A stretch of 64,000 nt of DNA. It comes from Anthoceros angustus. Its lineage: Eukaryota > Plantae > Anthocerotophyta. Below, one piece after another: positions 60,401 through 64,000 of the stretch (position 1 is its first letter; the number at the start of each line of letters is the position of its first letter). The stretch is taken from positions 186,001-250,000 of the forward strand of contig MU008160.1 of NCBI GenBank assembly GCA_010909165.1, read 5' to 3'. The notes under the pieces were generated by a model, which made no database searches, was not told the origin of the DNA, and saw nothing but the letters and a program-made list of their open reading frames with translations. The translations under genes and the position numbers were made by a program.

Positions 60401-61740
60401 GGCGCCATTGTATAGCCGATCATATTTGTCGCGCGCAAGCACGGTTAACATTTCATCTTGCAAGGTTGATTATCTTTGTTTGTCCAGAGAAAGGCTAGAC
60501 AAGCTATAGCTTGGCATGGTTACTTGTTGCTACCATTGGCAAAAGTACCCATGGAAATTGGATCAATGATGACAAAGGCATTGTAAGGTGTACAAATCAA
60601 TTGGGAGTATGTTCGAAAAGGGACTCATAGTACGAGTCCCGCCTCATCGTACATGTTCGAGTTCCCACACGTTCAGGCGTCTTGGAAATTTGAATCAGTG
60701 TATATTAGTAAATAGATTGGGGGTTTAGATTTTGATGGGGAGGTGGCGGTTCCGCCTTTTTGGGCCATATGAAGTTCTAATGCTTCCATATAGTCTTTTA
60801 ATCATCTAGTTAGCCTTGGCTAGATTCTGGATACTGCTGTAGTCACTCGTCTCACCGGCCGAATTTACTTTGTGATTAAACTTCTCTAGAAAATTCATGC
60901 CCTCATTACATTTCTTACTAGCAAAGAGTATAGCATGTTTCAGAAAGCTCTAGACTGGTTCCTCGGAAAATCTACGGAGATTACTTCAAGGATAAGTATG
61001 TCTTTGCATTGTTGCTTTCTCCGACTACATACTCTTTCCTTTAGGGAAGTGGGCGGGGATAACGAGGAAGAGTTTTGATGGGGGTGGAAGGCGGGGAGAG
61101 GCAGGTGGGGTATTTTAAATTTGGCATATTGTATTGGGCGCAATTTTGGGCGTTAATTGAGCGCCATAGTTGAGCGTTGGGTCCCATTATTGGGCGTTAG
61201 GCGCCATTATTGGGCGTTAATTGCGTCATAGTTGAGCATTGGGCGCCATTATTGGGCGTTAATTGCGTCATAGTTGAGCATTGGGCGCCATTATTGTTGG
61301 CGCTATTGTTGGGCGTTATTGGGCACCATTGTATGGCCAGCCATTGTCGGGCATTGGGCACCATTGTTGGGCGTTAATTGGGCGCCATTGTTGGGCGTTA
61401 ATTGGGTGCCATTGTTGGGCGTGGGGCGCCATTGTTAGGCGTTATTGGGCGCCATTGTTAGCGTTATTGGGCGCCATTATTGTTGGCGTTATTGGCGCCA
61501 TTGTTGGCGTTAATTGGGCGCCATTATTGTTGGGCGTTGGGCACCATTGTATGGCAAGCCATTCTCGGGCATTAGGCGCCATTGTATGGCAAGCCATTGT
61601 CGGCGTTAGGCGCCATTGTATAGCAAGACATTGTCGGCGTTAGGCGCCATTGTATGGCGGTCATATTTGTCGGGCATTGGGCACCATTGTATAGCAAGAC
61701 ATTGTCGGGCATTAGGCGCCATTGTATGGCAAGCCATTCT
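51441..61740. repeat. GC-rich minisatellite blocks (GGCGCCATTGT(T/C)GGGCGTT / CCATTGTATGGCCAG units) at ~51441-52200, 53160-53250, 53960-54367, 57425-58355, 59175-60410 and 61135-61740
   Basis: Directly visible 15-24 bp units. Confidence 0.95.
52255..58905. repeat. AT-rich satellite of ~120-130-bp units (aatcacaaaaatatgat..ggccatttacaac..gttgtagattacgttgtaaa) organised in higher-order repeats
   Basis: Near-identical spurious ORFs at 54450, 55443, 56519 and 58341; marker aaaatgtgaggcggga at ~52938, 54965, 56041, 57116 and 58877. Confidence 0.95.
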
Positions 61741-64000
61741 CTTGCACAATATTGGAGCTCGTTTCTTCTAGGAGATGCTACCTTTTCCTTGCATAGAGAG
61801 CCAACAAGGGATGTTTGATGCGAGGAGGCTACTTGCAATTAGTATTGAATAGATTGGGGCACAAGGGTGATTTTGGGAGCGGTTTTCACTAAAACAGTTG
61901 GGGTTAACGTTTCATCTTGGAAGGTTGATTATCTTTGTTTGTCGAGAAAGGCTAGACAAGCTATAGCTTGGCATAGTTACATCTTTGCTACCATTGGCAA
62001 AAGTACTCAAGGAAATTAGATGTTGATGACAAAGGCATTTTAAGGTGCACAAATCAATTGGGAGTATGTTCAAAAGGCTCATAGTTCGAGTCCGCCTCAT
62101 CGTATCGTTCGAGTTCCCATATGTTCGGGCTTCACGGGTATTGAATGAGCGTATATTAGTGAATAGATTGGGGATTTAGATTTTGATGGGGAGGTGGTGG
62201 TTCCGCCTTTTGTGGGCCATATGAAATTCTAATGCCTTCATATAGTTTGCTAATCGTCTAGTTAGCCTTGGTCGATTCTGGATCTGCGGTAGTCACTCGT
62301 CTCACCGGTCGAATTTACTTCGTGATTAAACTTCTCTAGAATTCATGCTCTCATTACATTTCTTACTAACAAAGGCGGAGCATGTGCCGAAAGCTCAAGG
62401 CCTCCTTGAATATCTACGGAGATTACTTCAAGGATAAGTATGTCTTTGCATTGTTTCCTTGTCCCACGTCTATGTACCCTTTCCTTTCATAAGGCCATTT
62501 CGAAGCTCGGGAAAGGATGTTTGCTATGAGGAAGGCTAATATTTGCTTGGGTTTGGTTTGGTTTGGTTTGACTATCTTTGTTTATCCAAAGAAATTTGGA
62601 CAAGTGGGAATAGTCGAGGATGTACATGCTACTATCGTTGGCAAAAGTACGGAGGAAACTAGATCAACACTTTAATGACAAAGGCATTACGAATGAAATG
62701 AACTAGAAGTATATATGTTCGATTATAAGGGGCTCATGGTTCGAGTCCCGCACCATCGTAAAAATAATTCACACATTATAAGCAAGCCTTGTATATGTTA
62801 TAATTAAGACCAAACTCAAACCCCAAGCATTGTATCACATTTTGAAATTTCAAAACCTTCTAACACCGCATACATGACGTATCGCTCATTCTCAATTCCT
62901 CATCGATGTCGTAAGATGATATCTATCGTAGCTCATTATTGTCCTCATCTTTTTATTGTCATCCTCGTCTTCGCTTTCGTCCTCATCTTTGCTTTCATCC
63001 TCATCTTCCTTGTCATCCTCGTCTTTGCTTTCATCCTCATCTTCCTTGTCATCCTCATCTTTTCTTTCATCCTCATCTTTGCTTTCATCCTCATCTTCCT
63101 TATCATCCTCATCTTTACTTTCCTCTTCATCTTCCCTTTCGTCCACATCTTCCTCTTCTTCCTTGTTGTCCTCATCTTCCTCTTCTTCCTTGTTGGCGTC
63201 CTCGTCTTGATTCCATGTCCTTCTCATTTTCGCTACCCTCCTCATCTTCCGTAGTCTCTTCATCGATATCCTCTCTACGCATCCTCGTCTTCCTCATCAT
63301 CCGCATCTTCCTTGTCATCCTCATCATCACTATCACCATCATCTTCCATGTCATCTTCATCTTCCTCGTCTTCATCTTCCATGTCATCTTCATCTTCGAC
63401 TACATGTCTTTCATCAATATCCTCATCTTCTATGTCGGTCTTTGGCGCCATTGTATGGCGGTCATATTTGTCGGGCATTGGGGCACCATTGTATGGCAAG
63501 CCATTCTCTTGCACAATATTGGAGCTCGTTTCTTCTAGGAGATGCTACCTTTCCTTGCATAGAGAGCCAACAAGGGATGTTTGATGCGAGGGAGGCTACT
63601 TGCAATTGGTATTGAATAGATTGGGGCACAAGGGGTGATTTTGGGAGCGGTTTTCACTAAAACAGGTTGGGGTTAACGTTTCATCTTGGAAGGTTGATTA
63701 TCTTTGTTTGTCCAGAGAAAGGCTAGACAAGCTATAGCTTGGCATGGTTACATGCTGCTACCATTGGCAAAAGTACTCAAGGAAATTAGATGTTGATGAC
63801 AAAGGCATTTTAAGGTGCACAAATCAATTGGGAGTATGTTCAAAAGGGGCTCATAGTTCGAGTCCGCCTCATCGTATCGTTCGAGTTCCCATATGTTCGG
63901 GCTTCACGGGTATTGAATGAGCGTATATTAGTGAATAGATTGGGGATTTAGATTTTGATGGGGAGGTGGTGGTTCCGCCTTTTGTGGGCCATATGAAATT
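60445..64000 (-). pseudogene. Repeated degenerate coding-like segment (copies ~60445-61020, 61905-62460, 63670-64000), possibly OTU-like
   Basis: Minus-strand fragments HLPIKI*..YTLIQYP..NIWELERYDEADSNYEPLL resemble an OTU C-terminus (PI.IW...HYEPL). Many stops. Confidence 0.3.
62892..63440 (-). repeat. Acidic (Asp/Glu) low-complexity ORF remnant with 36-bp tandem units (KEDEDESKDEDD)
   Basis: ORFs 62892-63263 and 63275-63514 are frameshifted pieces of one D/E-rich tract. Confidence 0.7.

Larger units (their letters stand above)
52208..64000. mobile_element. CACTA (EnSpm)-like element terminus with amplified subterminal repeats and degenerate internal sequence
   Basis: CACTACTAGGG at 52208 is immediately followed by arrays of inverted TTTACAAC...GTTGTAAA motifs, typical of CACTA subterminal repeats. 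No second TIR or transposase is seen in the window. Confidence 0.55.

Noticed and set aside
51288-61838. Numerous short ORFs (MAPNARQWLAIQW..., MIGSHLQQHAMTW..., WAPLLGVN...)
   Set aside because: These are translations of tandem repeats with no independent coding evidence.
62725-62760. tRNA B-box-like GGTTCGAGTCCC followed by CACCA
   Set aside because: No A-box or cloverleaf upstream; it is a variant of the repeated module also at ~60620, 62080 and 63850.
51400-64000. rDNA intergenic spacer or telomere interpretation of the repeat zone
   Set aside because: No rRNA sequence and no TTTAGGG array is visible in the window.

Overview
Nuclear DNA of a land plant, most likely a non-seed plant with a compact genome such as a hornwort, fern or lycophyte. 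This is inferred from the PLS-class PPR genes, a PRONE RopGEF, a U12 intron in CBP20 and very short intergenic distances. The window has three zones. (1) 1-~21.9 kb is a TE-rich, rearranged zone. It holds a truncated Ty1/copia RT, LINE remnants, a degenerate two-ORF DNA transposon, several microhomology-joined tandem duplications (some possibly assembly artefacts) and a cluster of divergent secreted EG45-like/plant natriuretic peptide (DPBB-fold) genes. (2) ~22-47 kb is a gene-dense core: a WD40 protein, a HIG1-domain protein, an intronless ATG4, a folate-receptor-family protein, RopGEF, two intronless E+ PLS-PPR genes flanking an NFD6/NOXY2-like gene, and CBP20 with AT-AC and probable GC-AG introns. 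(3) ~48-64 kb holds a pogo/Tigger-like element with TIRs and TA TSD, an LTR with a tRNA-Met PBS, and a >12-kb CACTA-like satellite complex of AT-rich inverted-repeat arrays and GC-rich minisatellite, with OTU-like and acidic ORF remnants. All calls are by eye without database searches, and repeat boundaries are approximate.
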